Part shown: piece by piece, positions 13,181 through 26,603 of the stretch
Layout of the letters: each line of letters opens with the position of its first letter
Numbering within the stretch: the stretch's first letter is position 1
NCBI RefSeq assembly: GCF_006345805.1
Contig: NC_043019.1
Span: forward strand, 17,173,360 to 17,237,359
Length of the DNA stretch: 64,000 nucleotides
DNA from: Octopus sinensis
Taxonomy: Eukaryota
Reading direction: 5' to 3'
Notes under the pieces: model-generated
Told to the model about the DNA's origin: nothing
Seen by the model: the letters and a program-made list of their open reading frames with translations, nothing else
The model's database searches: none
Position numbers and translations under genes: made by a program

Positions 13181-14882
13181 CTCAGACTTCTTGTTGCTAG
13201 TTTTATCTTCTGTATGGCCATCTGTATCCTCTAATGCTTCATCCCCTACATCATAGTTAGAATCTATCTCATTGTCATACATGCTGTTCTGATCAACATT
13301 TACAATGATTCTGCGTGGGGATTTTTGCTTACGACGAGGAGTGGCAGCATCATAATGTTTAAATCCTGACTGCTTCTTTCTGGAGCGTTTTGAAGAAGCA
13401 CTTTCAGAATCAACTGATTGTTTGGGCCATATAAGATTAGCATCATCTAAAAGCTCTAAAGGGGTGAGACTAATCTGGGGGACTCTTTTGGTTCTCCCAG
13501 GTTTTCGTTTCTGTGAGGAATTCTGAAGATCAGAATCTATTAAGTCAGTTTCCTCTTTCACTGAAGGAACAGAAGAATACCCATCTACTGATTTACTACC
13601 TTCATTATCACTTGCTTTTGAAGTCTTGTCGTCTCCGCCTTTACGAGACGACTTTTCAACATTCAGACGACTCTTCTGAGAAGAACTTTTGACACTGTCA
13701 GTTTTTTTAGTGATTTCATTATCATTTAAACTAACCGGTTTGTGCAAAGGACTGCTGTCCCCAGGGTCAACGGCTATGTCATTGTATTCTTCAATTTCTG
13801 TACTCTCACCACTAGAAACATTTTCATATTTTTTCTGCTTATCAGAAGCACTAGAAGGGCTAAACCTTGATCCCTTTTCAGTAATTAAAGACATGTCAGT
13901 TTTTTTAATCCTGACACTGAGCTTTAACGGTGTTTTCCCTTTTTCAGTAAACAATTTCTCTTTGGAATTCTGACCAATTGGTTTGGACACATAGTTACTT
14001 TTGACTCTGTCGTCTTTAGTTTGATTGTCATGATTAGAAACGGAATCGTCTTCACTACCACTGCTACAATCTGACTGATTTACTTCCATGTTTGGGACAT
14101 TTTCAATGGTATCATCTGAAGTATTTGAAGTAGAAGGACTGCTTGGGCTGTATTCTCGGCCACCACTTTTATTTTTTTTTAAGTGCTTCAATTTTACGCT
14201 GCTCTTGCTGTTGTCATGAGAAGCAGCAGAGTCTTTGCCTTCGTTTATTAAATCACTCTTTCGTAGCCATTTTTCAGGTTGTAATTTCGACAGTCTTAGA
14301 GTCAGAGCAGGAGTGGCAGGAAAGGAACGTGTATCATTGTTTTGCTGAACGGATTTCAGATTATCAAATTCTGAACCTTGTTCAAGTTTTATACTTGACA
14401 CACAGTAGGTAACTTTCTTGGACTTTTTCTTGTGTTTCTTTTCTTCAACAGAAGTAAAACTGGATGAGCTTTCTCGAGAAGCCTTGCTAGATTTTCGGCT
14501 CTTCGGCTGACGTTTTGTATATAAATCAGAACCTTCCATCATTCTAGCCTGAAGCAGCTGCATACGCAAACTGCGAGATGTGTCTTCCTCAGGTTGATCT
14601 GAGGTTTCCGACTGCTTACTGAAATCATCTTCTTCACTATCCTCAAAGATATTTTGTTCTTCGCTTTTTCTCAGAACCGAACTGCTGTTTTTTAAAGCAC
14701 TATTTGTTGTACTTTTTCTGTAGCAATTTCTAGTTCTTGTTCCTAAAATGGATTCCTCTTTATTGATATCACTGTAATCAGTGTTGGCTGACAGCTTCTT
14801 GGAAGACCGCCCTCGTCTAATATTGCTTTCCGATACAATCAGCGCTCTTGTTTGGCGTTGAGATCTTCGAACATTATTACTC
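13181..14882 (-). CDS. Large low-complexity (S/K/E/D-rich) exon of a ZNF512-like nuclear protein
   Basis: Inside the 602-aa ORF. tttttag acceptor at 14883-4 and GAG|GTAAGT donor at 13179-80; 1702 nt, phase 2 to 0, 567 stop-free codons. Contains basic NLS-like clusters and acidic tracts. Confidence 0.9.
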
Positions 14883-15224
14883 CTAAAAATAATATAAGAA
14901 ATCCTGTTATTAATCAATAATTTTGCAAATGTAACATACAAATATTTTAAAGTACCTTAAAATAATTTAAAAGCTTTAGTCAAAACTGAATTCAAACCAA
15001 TCTTTAAAATAAAATCCTGCCTATACCAGAATACCAGATACTTGATCTAGCACCTAATTTTAACAACTAAATTCCAGTATGACTAGTCCAAGGGTTTGTC
15101 TTATTTAGGGGCCAAGCTTCTAACAACATTGCATGCGATGGAACAAAACCAATTCTATGTTAGCAAGAATCATATATAAAAAGGAGAGGAGGTTAGTGGC
15201 AAAATCAATTTAAAATATACTTAC

Positions 15225-15323
15225 CCAAACTGAGATACAAAATTATAAGTTGAATTCTGATCAATCAGGGTAGACAGGGAGAAGGCCGTATGAATGAGTG
15301 TACATTGTAACAAACCCTCAATT
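15225..15323 (-). CDS. Candidate upstream exon of the ZNF512-like gene
   Basis: Very T-rich acceptor and GG|GTAAGT donor; 99 nt, open only in phase 2 to 2 (IEGLLQCTLIHTAFSLSTLIDQNSTYNFVSQFG), which fits the phase-2 entry of the big exon. Confidence 0.5.
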
Positions 15324-16289
15324 CTAGTTGAAACAAAAATGTCAAATGAAAAATAAAAAATAAAAAACAAACCATTCAATAAATCTAAATGTAGCTTTTC
15401 TTAAATTTTTACGAGGAAATGTTCCAGGAAAAGCACCAGTAACATGTTTATTAGGGAAAGGAATACACATTATATTTCAATGTTTATGATATAAATAGGT
15501 TATTATAAAGCAAATACACACACATGTAAGTTTATGCCTGTGTGTGTGTGTGCATGCGTGTGCATGCATGTGTGTGTTGATGCTGATGCTGATGCTGGCT
15601 GTGTGGTTAAAAAGTTTACTTCACAATCACAAAATGTCAAATGCAGTCAGTCCCCACAACATGGCACCTTGCACAAGTGCACCAAGATTCTTTCTTTGCC
15701 ATGTTGCACTTTGCTGTACACATCTTTCTCTGTTGTTTGTCAGCTTAACAGCCATATGCATAGGGACAGGGGGGAAAAGAGCATATTGCAAATGTAACAA
15801 AAGCATCTGAAATGGGGAAGCAGTGGAGATTATGGGGGGAGAGAGAGAGAGAGAAGGGGGCAAGAGAAGAAAACAGTAGGTGGATGCAGCAAAGGAAAGA
15901 AAGGCTAGAGGGCATTGTAGAGGTGTAAGGACAGGTATGGAAAGGAAATAAAGGTAAGGAGAGTGTTGGGTGTTAATGGAGATAAACCAGGAGAGAATAT
16001 GCTGTGATGAAGAGATGGAAGTCCTGCCAAGAGGGGAGAGGTAAAGTAATGGAGTGGTAAGGTGGGATTGGAAGAGAGCAGCATAAACATACATATTAGA
16101 TGCATACATACCACAGGCTTCTTACAGTTTCTGTCAACCAAATCTACTCACAAAGTTGTGGTCAACCTAAGGCTGTAGTAGGAGACACTTTCCCAGGTGC
16201 TATGCAGTGAGACTGAACCCAAAACTACTTAATCATACAATATGCTTTGTACAAGGAGACAGAAAATAGCAGACAGAACAAAATTAGTA

Positions 16290-17990
16290 TTTTTTGAAAG
16301 AAGAGACAGTAAGGGCAAGGAAGCCATCGGAGAAGCATTATGGTGGAGGGCAAGCTAAACAGTCACGAAGAGATGACAGGCTGAAGTGGACTGCATGTAT
16401 GAGTATGCCTCTGTGCATGCATGTGTGCGTGCGTGTGTGTGCATGGCAAAGCTGATAGTTAAATAGTTAGAAAACGTGAGGAGATGAATTCAGAAATTTA
16501 GATGAAAGGTTGTGTGTGTTGAGAAAGAAGATGAGCTCCTGTTTCCTCTGAAACCAAGTGGTGGTGGTGGTGGGGGGGATCTGGTGCTGAAGGCCACATC
16601 AAAGACTGAGATGTCGTATGGGGTAATCAACCAAGTAGAACTGTTGAGAGACAAGGGACCCTATCAGCTGGTTTGTCTAAAGTAAATCAAATTGCAGAAG
16701 AAACATTGGAAAGCATATATGAGGTTGTTGGAAATACAGCAGAAAGACATCACAAATAGCAGTGTGGATGGGAGCAGGAAGGCATGTAGGAGTGGGATGA
16801 GATGTGGGAAAGGAGAAGCTGTGGACCCACATAAAGGAAGGAATGGATGAGTGAAGAAATGAGAGGTGATGGGGCCAGATTGGCAGTAGAAGAAGCAAAG
16901 GATGGTGCATTGTTTTTAGGGGAAGAGTAGGAGATGATAGATGGGGAGGGAATGCAGTGCATCAGGTTCTGAATGTGGAGGGTAAAGGTGAGGTGTGAGC
17001 AATGGCATGGATACGAAAAGGATAAGGGTGGGTGAATAACTGTTGAATTAGGGACAGGTGTTGAGGTTGCATCTTAAAGTCACGGGTCTGATTGCAGAAG
17101 TGATAGAGAGACAGAGAGGAACTGGGAATAAGGAATGACATGCTTGGTAAGGGTGGGTTGGAAGGAAATTGAGGAAAGTTGGAGGAGATGAAATGGGGTG
17201 GAACCTGTGAACTGGGAAAAGATTTGGGACCAATGTAACTTAGAAATATTTTGGCATAGCTGGGACCAATTCTTGTGTCATTGGCCACTACAGCAAAGGA
17301 GAAACAGCTAAGAGTGAGAACAAGTTCTGCTAGACAGAGGAAAGTGAGTGGTGCAGAAGTGAAGAAAGTTCCAGAGAGCACAGAGGCCCTCCTCATGAAG
17401 CATGACAATATATAAAGCATTAGTTTCTATGGTGAAAATGAGTCAGGCAAAGAAGCAATGAAAGGTGCAAAAGTGTTGAAGCAGGCAGAGACAACAGCAT
17501 GGTTGATGTTGTCAGGTTTATAGACCTTGGGGAGAAGTATATGAAGATGTGGGGGGTGGTGGTGCAGATGATGAAATTGGCGGCTGTAGGGAGTAGAAAG
17601 GTGGAAGGGATGAATTAACAGGTGGTGGAGGGAGAGTGTTGTTGGAAGCAAAATGGGGTAAGAAGGACACAGTAAAAGAGAATGTTCCAGAATTATTGCA
17701 GTATTTCAGTCCTATAGAGGTCAGCCGGACACATCACCATGCCTCCACTTCACCCCACCCCGCTTCGTATGATGTCCAAAGAAGCAGAGAGTAAAGAGTT
17801 CAGCCAAGGAGAGATGAGTCGTGGATAGTTCTAGAAGTCAAAGTGGCCCAATGTATGAAGACAAACAACAATAAACAGAGCCAGGGTGCAGGAGTGACCT
17901 GGGCTGTGATGCAATCAGGAATGTTCAGTGCAGGAGATATGCCACTAAAAATGGTACAAAAACCATTCCAACCCTTATACAAGCCTGAGA
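16290..17990 (-). mobile_element. Degenerate Penelope-like element (RT region)
   Basis: LCLAELVLTLSCFSF and NDTRIGPSYAKIFLSY resemble PLE RT LAELVLTLNCFSF and AMGTRMGPSYANLF; frameshifted. Confidence 0.8.
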
Positions 17991-18436
17991 CTCTTTGCTT
18001 GTAGGTCATCACCATCACCATCCAGCATCCGTTTTCCATGCTGGCAAGGATCGGATGGTTTGACAGGAACTCGCAAGTCAGATGACTGCTCCAAACTCAA
18101 CTAAGTATTAGTGGTAAGAATCACAGACCCCTACTAGGTTTCAGAAAAAGGTTACGTTCTCAGAATTTGTTACTGAACCCTCAATTAAATCCACAGGGGT
18201 TGGATTGTTCTCATTCCTTTGTCCACATCATGGACATCCTAAGTATTAGCCGCTCCTCTATGTATGATGTGGTTAGTCAGTCATATTTCAATGCGTGTAT
18301 TAGCTTGACAAACATAAGTAGGCTACTTAAGCAGCCTATAAGTTCTACTACAAACAATGCTTATATTCAGAATACCATTGTCCCATAGGACACTACTGTC
18401 ATGGAAATTAAGATGTTTAGATATTTTTTTTTTCTT

Positions 18437-18840
18437 TTACAGTTGTAGATTTAGTGTTCTTTTCCCTGAATTTGAGGTTTCCTTGCGGTGCTTATCTCTA
18501 TGTCCAGCCTCCTGAGAAGCTTCCTGAAGCCCTGCACATCTGTAGATTCTTTTAGTCATTTTATCTTCATAACTGTTATTTTGACTTTGCCCCATTTCCC
18601 TCCAGAGATGATCAGTCATGCCTGAATTTTCTGTCTCCTCTCAGATTACAGTTTTACAATGTTCTGCTCATCTTATTTTTAGAGATTTTATGGTATTCTG
18701 CTAGTCTTACTTTTAGAGGGTGTCTTGTCTCACTTTCATATTCATGGCTACAACTGTATGGAACAGTTCTTGGTCTGATCAATTTTAATTGGAGACTATG
18801 TTCAGAAGAGATGGCCCAAACTGTAGACCTGCTGCACATT
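18437..18840 (-). mobile_element. Penelope-like GIY-YIG remnant
   Basis: CSHEYESETRHPLKVRLAEYHK resembles C...YIGETxRPLKxRLxEH, followed by MTDHLWRE. Confidence 0.7.
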
Positions 18841-21025
18841 TAGGACCCTTATATCTTTGTTTCTGGAAGCTGATGTTAGGATTCATTTAAAATCTTTTTA
18901 ATCAAGAGGGAGGGAGGTCTCCTCAAACTGGAGACTTGACCTGAATACTTACAAATGAGTGGATTCCTCTGCTAAAGGCAACTAAGGTGCCAGATGGTGG
19001 TGTGCAACTAAGCAAAGGGTTAAATCTAGCACCCTGGTAAGGTCATGGTGACATTAACTATTCCACTGCCCTTGGTATGTACTTATTTTATTGACCTCAG
19101 ATGGACGAAAGACAAAACTGATCTCATTAGGATACAAACTCAGAGTCAGAACTAACACAACAAGGCATTCTATCCCACCCTCTAATTCACTGCTTGCAGG
19201 GCAGCTTCACCTTGTCACTGGTTCTTGATTCCACGTTAGCCAGTGGTACCTCAATAACTCAGCCTGTTTTATTTAATCTTTCTTATATTTAACCTAAGAT
19301 TACCAAAATATATTTAAACAGACTAATTTCAATGTGTTTTGCAATTAACAACTGAAATACATAAACAAAGAGTTGATGTAAGATTAAAACAAAAACACAA
19401 ACAAAAATTTCTGTCTCTAAATATTATTATACATAAAATTAGTTCACTAAAATTATTGTACAATTTAATGAATTTTACTGTAAAACTAACAATAGTTTTA
19501 AGAATCCTATGAGGTAAAATATTTACAGCATTCCTATTTATAAATTGAGTAATTATAAAGCAGGCAATTAATGGATATGGCTCTGATATAGAGGCATCAA
19601 ATTCTAAAAATAAACATCTTGTAAGAATTGATGAGGAGCTGTTAATAGCTATTAGCGGCCGAGACTTATTCAAATTGGGGAATTACAAGGTGGGTCACCT
19701 CGATTAGAATTTTAAAACATCAGAAATGAGTTGATTGAGAGTAGTGTCTAATCTATGCCAAATTTTAATGATAATTCTCATAACTTGATTCATACATTTA
19801 CTCTAAAGTCAAAATAATTTCAGTTTTCAACAAAAAAAGCAAGATGTAATACCTAAGAATGGTGGATATAATCATGTTTACTTGCTACAATGTATGTATG
19901 TATGTGTGTGTGTAGTGTGTGTGTGTATATAGTTACAGAACGAAAAGGACATTTTGTAAGACTCACCAAATTTCAAAAAAACTTATATACTAAGTCACAT
20001 GGAACGAAGTAAAACTGCTGAAAAGCAATTACATAAACAGGTCCTGAAAAGTACATAAAAATGCTGGTTTCAGTTAACTTAGAATTTCATTTCTTAACTT
20101 CTAATGTAGAGTGATATTCCAATATCTAAAAATTTGCTGAACTGAAAATTCAAATGGTAACAGTTCATAGTAAACTATAATTTTTAAGAAATAATTATGG
20201 CTTCTAAGTAATTTATTATTAAGGTAGTATTGTCATAAATACAACAAATAATGGTAATTAAAGATAACTAAGAATTACATGTTATTTTAGTCTTAAACAG
20301 TTTTAAGAACATCTAAAATAATCTACATATATAAAATTAAAATGGCCAGTTTTTAATGTTCTGGTGTGTGACAAAGACTAAACTCCTATATAATTATCGA
20401 TTTGGTTTGATTTAGATTAATTATCACATACTGTGGCTGCATAAACTAATTTTATAATTAAATAATATTTCATATATTTCAAATATTCACATAGAGAATT
20501 AAACATCTTTACATTAATTAGCATTTATTCTATGTGGTTGATGCAAAGACAGCTACTCATTAAATAATGATTATAAATAACATTCAATATACTATCAAAC
20601 AAAAAATATGTGATCTTAGAAAAACTGTTAAAATAAATAATTAAAAACATAACAAACAAAAAATATAAACAAAGTAGAAAACATATCTAAAAAGTGGTAT
20701 CTGGTTTCAATTCTAGCCTATCCACAGATACCACAAATTGTAATAAGAGTTTTAGAGTGAACAGAAAGTAATTTGTAGCTACCAATTGTGTCAGGGGCTC
20801 AGAGGAAATAGGAACTCTGCAGTGTGATACAGCAGGGAAGGATAAGACAATAATGTGGCAATGATAACAGTTTGTCATTAATTAGAGACTTAAAATGAAA
20901 TACCCACAATCAAAATGTGCATTTATATTTATTCATTTTGGCCAGGAACCATCACAGGAGAACTAAACTGCAACAAGATCGTTTTAAACTCTGCACCAAC
21001 TGAAACGTAATCTCTGTCAGCTTAA

Positions 21026-21242
21026 CCCTTTAGCACTGAGATTAATCTGTCAAATGAAATACTTATTTAAGATCATAGTTTTGAGTTAATCATGCATTAT
21101 CTTGTAGCTTTCAGATTTCAAGGGGACAGTTGATTTTTAGAATGACAGTGTAGGGTAGGTGTGAGAAGTTGTATCTGGGCAGTTTGAACACACAACATGT
21201 AGAATATTTGGGCTGGATATGGTCAATTTAAATGCTAAAGGA
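21026..21242. mobile_element. piggyBac-type MITE, family 2
   Basis: TTAA|CCCTTTAGCA...TGCTAAAGGA|TTAA; related copies at 41810-42030 and a partial copy near 57560-57690. Confidence 0.88.
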
Positions 21243-22081
21243 TTAAAATTCTTTGCAAACATTCAGATTTTTAATATAAGCAATCTATAATAATAACTAT
21301 AAAAAAAAAAAGAATGGCTTCGTATATGATACCAAAAATATTTAATTTTAATAAAATAAATTATTGAAATGAATAATACACAAACTGTATTAATTTTCCT
21401 TCTATGTTTACACCTATTTGTTACATAAAGAACAAAACAGTGTAAGTGTAAAGGATATAAAGATCAGCACGAATAATAGGACCAAAATTACGGAGACAAA
21501 AGCAGGAAAAGCTGCAGAACAATCAGGACAGTTGTTGAAATGTTGAAAACATCATGCAATGTAGGTACCATGCTAATTACCTGCTTAGTTAATCAACTAG
21601 AAAGAGCAGCAATTATAGAAATCTGAAACTTCTGTTGAAAACAGCTGAGAAAGTCTTCACAAAATTATACAGCAGAGTAAAGAATAGTGGAATCCAAGGA
21701 ATGCTTCGTTTCAAGAAATGGTAACATTTCAAACAGTGGAACAATTTTTATGCCATGAAGAGGGAAAGCAATCTTTCGATCTAGACAGAACCTTATATGA
21801 GACTTAAAATGTACATTTGTGGATATATACAAATATGTGTGTGTGTGTGTGTGTAATTATTGATGTACATTTCCCCCCTCAAAAAAAAAAACACTTTTAA
21901 GGTAAAACACACAAAGCAGTGATGAATGGATTTATTTAAAAAATAATGACTTATACAAGACTAGTTTTATTTCTCTCTTTAAATAATTCATCAAAGACTT
22001 TCTGACACATCTTGTCAGGACCAAGACAAATCATTGCTTTTCAAATGTACATACATGCATATTATATACACACACACACAC

Positions 22082-22263
22082 ACAAGAGTTAAGGAATGGA
22101 GTAGATAAGATCTTGATTAAAAGTCTTGATTTTTAATCAAGATATCCTTGGCCTGAAGAGTAGTCTTCGGTATACACCTCACATATTTACCACTTCTGAG
22201 GTTCCGCTTGCTATGAAACATATGTAGCTCGGATCTTATCTACTCCATTCCAATAACTCTTGT
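22082..22263. mobile_element. MITE with ~31-bp TIRs
   Basis: ACAAGAGTTAAGGAATGGAGTAGATAAGATC ... GATCTTATCTACTCCATTCCAATAACTCTTGT. Confidence 0.85.
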
Positions 22264-22488
22264 CTTCTTATTCGCACTCCCGGAAACCCTAGTCACCTAC
22301 CGTGAAATATAAGAACTTTTTTCAGTTTATCGTACTTTGATATGAAAAAAGTTCACAACCTTCCATCTCAATAAACCACTATTGTCCCTGAAAGTTGTTC
22401 TTTTATATTTACTACGGATTGCTTGAAGCTACCTTTCTTCCTACACCTCAATCCCTGGATCATACACACACACACATACATGTATATA

Positions 22489-22853
22489 GGCGCAGGAGTG
22501 GCCACAAGGTTCCAGGTTCAGTCCCACAGCGTGGCACCTTGGGCAAGTGTCTTCTACTATAGCCTCAGGCTGACCAAAGCCTTGTGAGTGGATTTGATAG
22601 ATGGAAACTGAAAAAAGCCCATTGTATGTATGTATGTGTATATATATATGTGTATGTTTGTCCCCCCACAACATCGCTTGACAACCAATGCAGGTGTGTT
22701 TATGCCCCTATAACTTAGTGGTTTGGCAAAAGAGACCGATAGAATAAGTACTAGGCTTACAAAGAATAAGTCCTGGGGTCGATTTGCTCAACTACAGGCA
22801 GTGCTTCAGTATGGCCGCAGTCAAATGACAGAAACAAGTAAAAGAATAAAAGA
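22489..22853 (+). mobile_element. SINE family A (internally deleted head)
   Basis: GGCGCAGGAGTGGC head and AAACAAGTAAAAGA tail. Confidence 0.9.
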
Positions 22854-22934
22854 ATATTAAAAAATCATTGCTGTTTTTATGATCCCTTTTCCTCTGTTAG
22901 CAAGAGTTGGACGAGACATTGCAGATATAGTATT

Positions 22935-23445
22935 CTAGAGAAGGATGCCCTACCTGTTCCCTTGGTCCTTTGTATAATGAACTGACAAGTTTTTATAAAT
23001 GCAGATACTGCCTAAACTGCGACTTTGCCCATTACTTTAAGCATGTAAAGTCAAGAAGACACAAGAACACTCACACGCACTGTAGCACATTACTCCACCC
23101 GTCTAACACCCGTGGACATGTTTACAAAGTCAGAAAACAGCACACCTCCCATGACTTTCGGAAACATTTTTTCACAATAAGAGTTGCTGAAGCATGGAAC
23201 AAACTGCTGGCATCAGTTGTTAGTTGTCAGAGCACTGCATCCTTCAAAACTTCCATGCTTCCTGAGATTCGCCAACACTACAGCTGATTTTCTCCCCTCC
23301 ATACACACGTAAGCATGTATGTGACTCATACACTATTCGCTTTCCAGACATTTGTACATTACTGCATATGCTTTATATGCACTTTCTGACAAGTTGTGGT
23401 GCACCTGAGCACTGTATACAAAAATTTCATTATTATTATTATATA
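22935..23445 (+). mobile_element. CR1-clade LINE 3' end
   Basis: TRGHVYKVRKQHTSHDFRKHFFTIRVAEAWNKL is the CR1 TRGH...FF..RV...WN.L motif; (ATT)n tail. Confidence 0.85.
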
Positions 23446-24521
23446 AAAACAACTGTTCATCAAACAAATTTAATATTAAATTTACCTCTTACTTTAAGTT
23501 TTCTATACAATATTTTTATAAATGTATTATTTTGTAGAGTATTTTATCTAGAAAATTATTCTAAATAAAGAATAACTTTTAATATAAAATAATTGCTGCA
23601 GATGAGATTTTTTTATTTTTACATATGACATTTTGTTAAGAAGTTTCTAATCTAAGGGAGAAAACTTTAATCCTTTCTCCTATCATGTTTACATTTTATA
23701 ACATTTACTATTAAAATTGACAGGTGGTACTGAAATATTGCAATTTATTTTCAGTTTTGTTGGGGTTTTTTTTTTGTCTTCCAATTTTATGTTGTTTCAG
23801 AAAGGAGTAACTAAGTTTACCAGTAAATTTCATAATCAAAATGCTACAAAAAGACCAAGGAAATTAACAATCACACATGGACATTATTTTTAGCACAAAT
23901 GACTATTTACATACAATAATGTAAAAGAAAAAAAAAAAGAAACTAAATCTTTTTTTGTTTTGGCAATATTAGCAATTTTAAAAATAATTTGACTATAAAT
24001 AAATACACTACAAGCAACTGAATAATAAAACTAATCTTTAGGCATCACCCACTCAGTCATAACAATCACTTAAATTTCCCAGGGTTCTTCACATTTTTGT
24101 AACATGAGCATAAAATTATTACATAAGAAAAACACGTTCCAGATGTTCAGAGTACCAACGTCTGAATTTCATATAAACCTTACATTGGTAATGAAAGTTC
24201 ACTACAAACCAGTCAGACGTATGTAGTTCACTCAGACATGTGTACTCAAAACCAATCGCTTTCGGATGTACTCTGTGTGTGTTAAGAAGAAGAGAAAAAC
24301 CCCAAGTTTACTCCTAATGGTTTTTCACACATTAACTACAAGATCGTCAACAATGTAATAAACACATGTAAACACCTATTGGATGTAAACAAAATCAAAA
24401 ACCAACCAACCGACTGACTGACCAATCACATACCTGATCTAGCATGCAATGAAGCAGAAAAAGGCAATATCTAGAAGAATGTGGTAAAGGACTGTTATCT
24501 TGGACAAATAGATGGACAATC

Positions 24522-24943
24522 GGCGCAGGAGTGGCTGTGTGGTAAGTAGCTTGCTAACCAACCACATGGTTCCGGTTTCAGTCCCACTGCGTGGCATCTT
24601 GGGCAAGTGTCTTCTGCTATAGCTCCGGGCCGACCAATGCCTTGTGAGTGGATTTGGTAGGTGGAAACTGAAAGAAGCCTGTCGTATATGTATATATATA
24701 TATGTGTGTGTGTTTGTCCCCCTAGCATTGCTTGACAACCGATGCTGGTGTGTTTATGTCCCCGTCACTTAGCGGTTCAGCAAAAGAGACCGATAGAATA
24801 AGTACTGGGCTTACAAAGAATGAGACCGATAGAATAAGTACTGGGCTTACAAAGAATAAGTCCCGGGGTCGATTTGCTCGACTAAAGGTGGTGCTCCAGC
24901 ATGGCCGCAGTCAAATGACTGAAACAAGTAAAAGAGTAAAAGA
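24522..24943 (+). mobile_element. SINE family A with a 36-bp internal tandem duplication
   Basis: GAGACCGATAGAATAAGTACTGGGCTTACAAAGAAT twice at 24786-24857. Confidence 0.92.
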
Positions 24944-25773
24944 ATCAACTGTCATCAAAAGTGTGAGAGCCAACTTCCCCCCAGCAGCTGTTGGAAGTCT
25001 TCCCTCCTAAAACAGCCATGATGCAGGGGATTCAATGGAAGCATTAAGATGAAGAAGGTGGGGGTCTTGTTTACAAGCTTTCATCGTTCATATTTCACTT
25101 GTTTCAGTCATTGGTCTGTAGTCATGCTGGAGCACCACCTCCCAGTACTTATTCTATTGGTCACTTTTGCCAAACTGATAAGTTTCAGGGACATAAACAA
25201 ACTAACACCAGTTTTCAAGTCGTGGGTGGAGTAGAGGAGAAACACAAACACACGATACACTTCCACAGTTTCCATCTACCAACTCTACTGCCAAGGTATT
25301 GGCCAGTCCAGGGCTACAGCAGGAGACACTTACCAAAGGTACCATGCATTGGGACTGAACCCAAACCCACATGGTTGCAAATTGAACTTCTTAACCACCA
25401 CCTGTGCCTAAATATAACTGTGACAACCAGGAAAAGAATCTGTACAGTAAGAGGAAGATGAAAATGGTTGTTCTGAACTTAGCACCCCAAAGAAATCAAG
25501 ACTTGTCTGCTCAGATTTGTGACTGGTTCAGCAATGGAACATTAAATGTTGCTCCAGCTGGTAATCAGTGATGTATCACCTGTATTCAGGTAAATGGATC
25601 TCACACTGCCCCTTTCTTCTATATTGTTGCCTGTGGTAAATTCAAAGCAACTTGCAATGAAATCTTTGGCTTTAATTTCGTTCCATAGTGTGGAGCATGA
25701 CACAATAGCTAGCAAGGTATCAATACACACACAAGACACACACATATATATCGCCTGCTTACGTATGCCTGAT

Positions 25774-26103
25774 GAAGGTGCATGGCTCAGTGGTTAGAGC
25801 TTTGGGCTCACAATCATGAGGTAGTGAGTTCGATTCCTGGATAGGGCTGCATGTTGTGTTCTTGAGCAAGACACTTTATTTCACATTGCTCCACTTCACT
25901 CAGCTGTAGAAATGAGTTGTGATGTCACTGGTGCCAAGCTGTATCAGCCTTTGCCTTTCCCTTGGATAACATTGGTGGCATGGAGAGAGGAGGTAACCAC
26001 TGGTCTTCCATAAACAACCTTGCCCAAACTTGTGCCTCAGAGGGTAACTTTCAAGGTGCAATCCTATGGTCATTCATGACCAAGAGGACTCTTTACCCTT
26101 TAC
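25774..26103 (+). mobile_element. SINE family B
   Basis: A-box TGGCTCAGTGG, B-box GTTCGATTCC and CTTTACCCTTTAC tail; copies at 35857-36192, 39019-39367 and a variant at 62003-62300. Confidence 0.9.
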
Positions 26104-26432
26104 ATATACTTACCTTCAGAACTTAAAATTCCTAACAATTAGCTTATACAAATTTTGAAGTTGACTCAATGTCTTTTCCTTTGATTAAATGTTTGTATGG
26201 AAATTCTACATTTTATAATAAAAAATGCTTAAAATTGGTCAACTCTGCAATACTTTATATTAAAAATTATTCTACTGTGACAATTATTTCACAAATTTAT
26301 TCTATGAACAGTTACTTTGACGAAAGATCTTTCTGATAAAAAGTTGTGTAAAGTTGTTTGGTGAAGTGTTGCCCCCAAAAAGTTATTTGCTAAAGTGTCA
26401 GTTGACAAAAGTCATCCTAAAAAAGGTTGCAG

Positions 26433-26468
<36 letters not shown>

Positions 26469-26603
26469 TATTCTATAGAGCTTCCATTTACCACTTTCAC
26501 TCATATGGCATTGGCCAGCCCAAGGTAATAGAAAACATATTTCCAGAGTAACACAATAAGAATTGTGAACCATAGTCATGCTCGCGTTTACATATATATA
26601 TCT

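Noticed and set aside
13689-14412. Plus-strand ORFs of 94 and 89 aa
   Set aside because: They are antisense shadows of the large coding exon.
19329-19689. 114-aa minus ORF, a 42-codon plus exon candidate, or a NUMT
   Set aside because: It resembles no mitochondrial or known protein; T-rich composition explains the open frame, and the plus-strand acceptor is poor.
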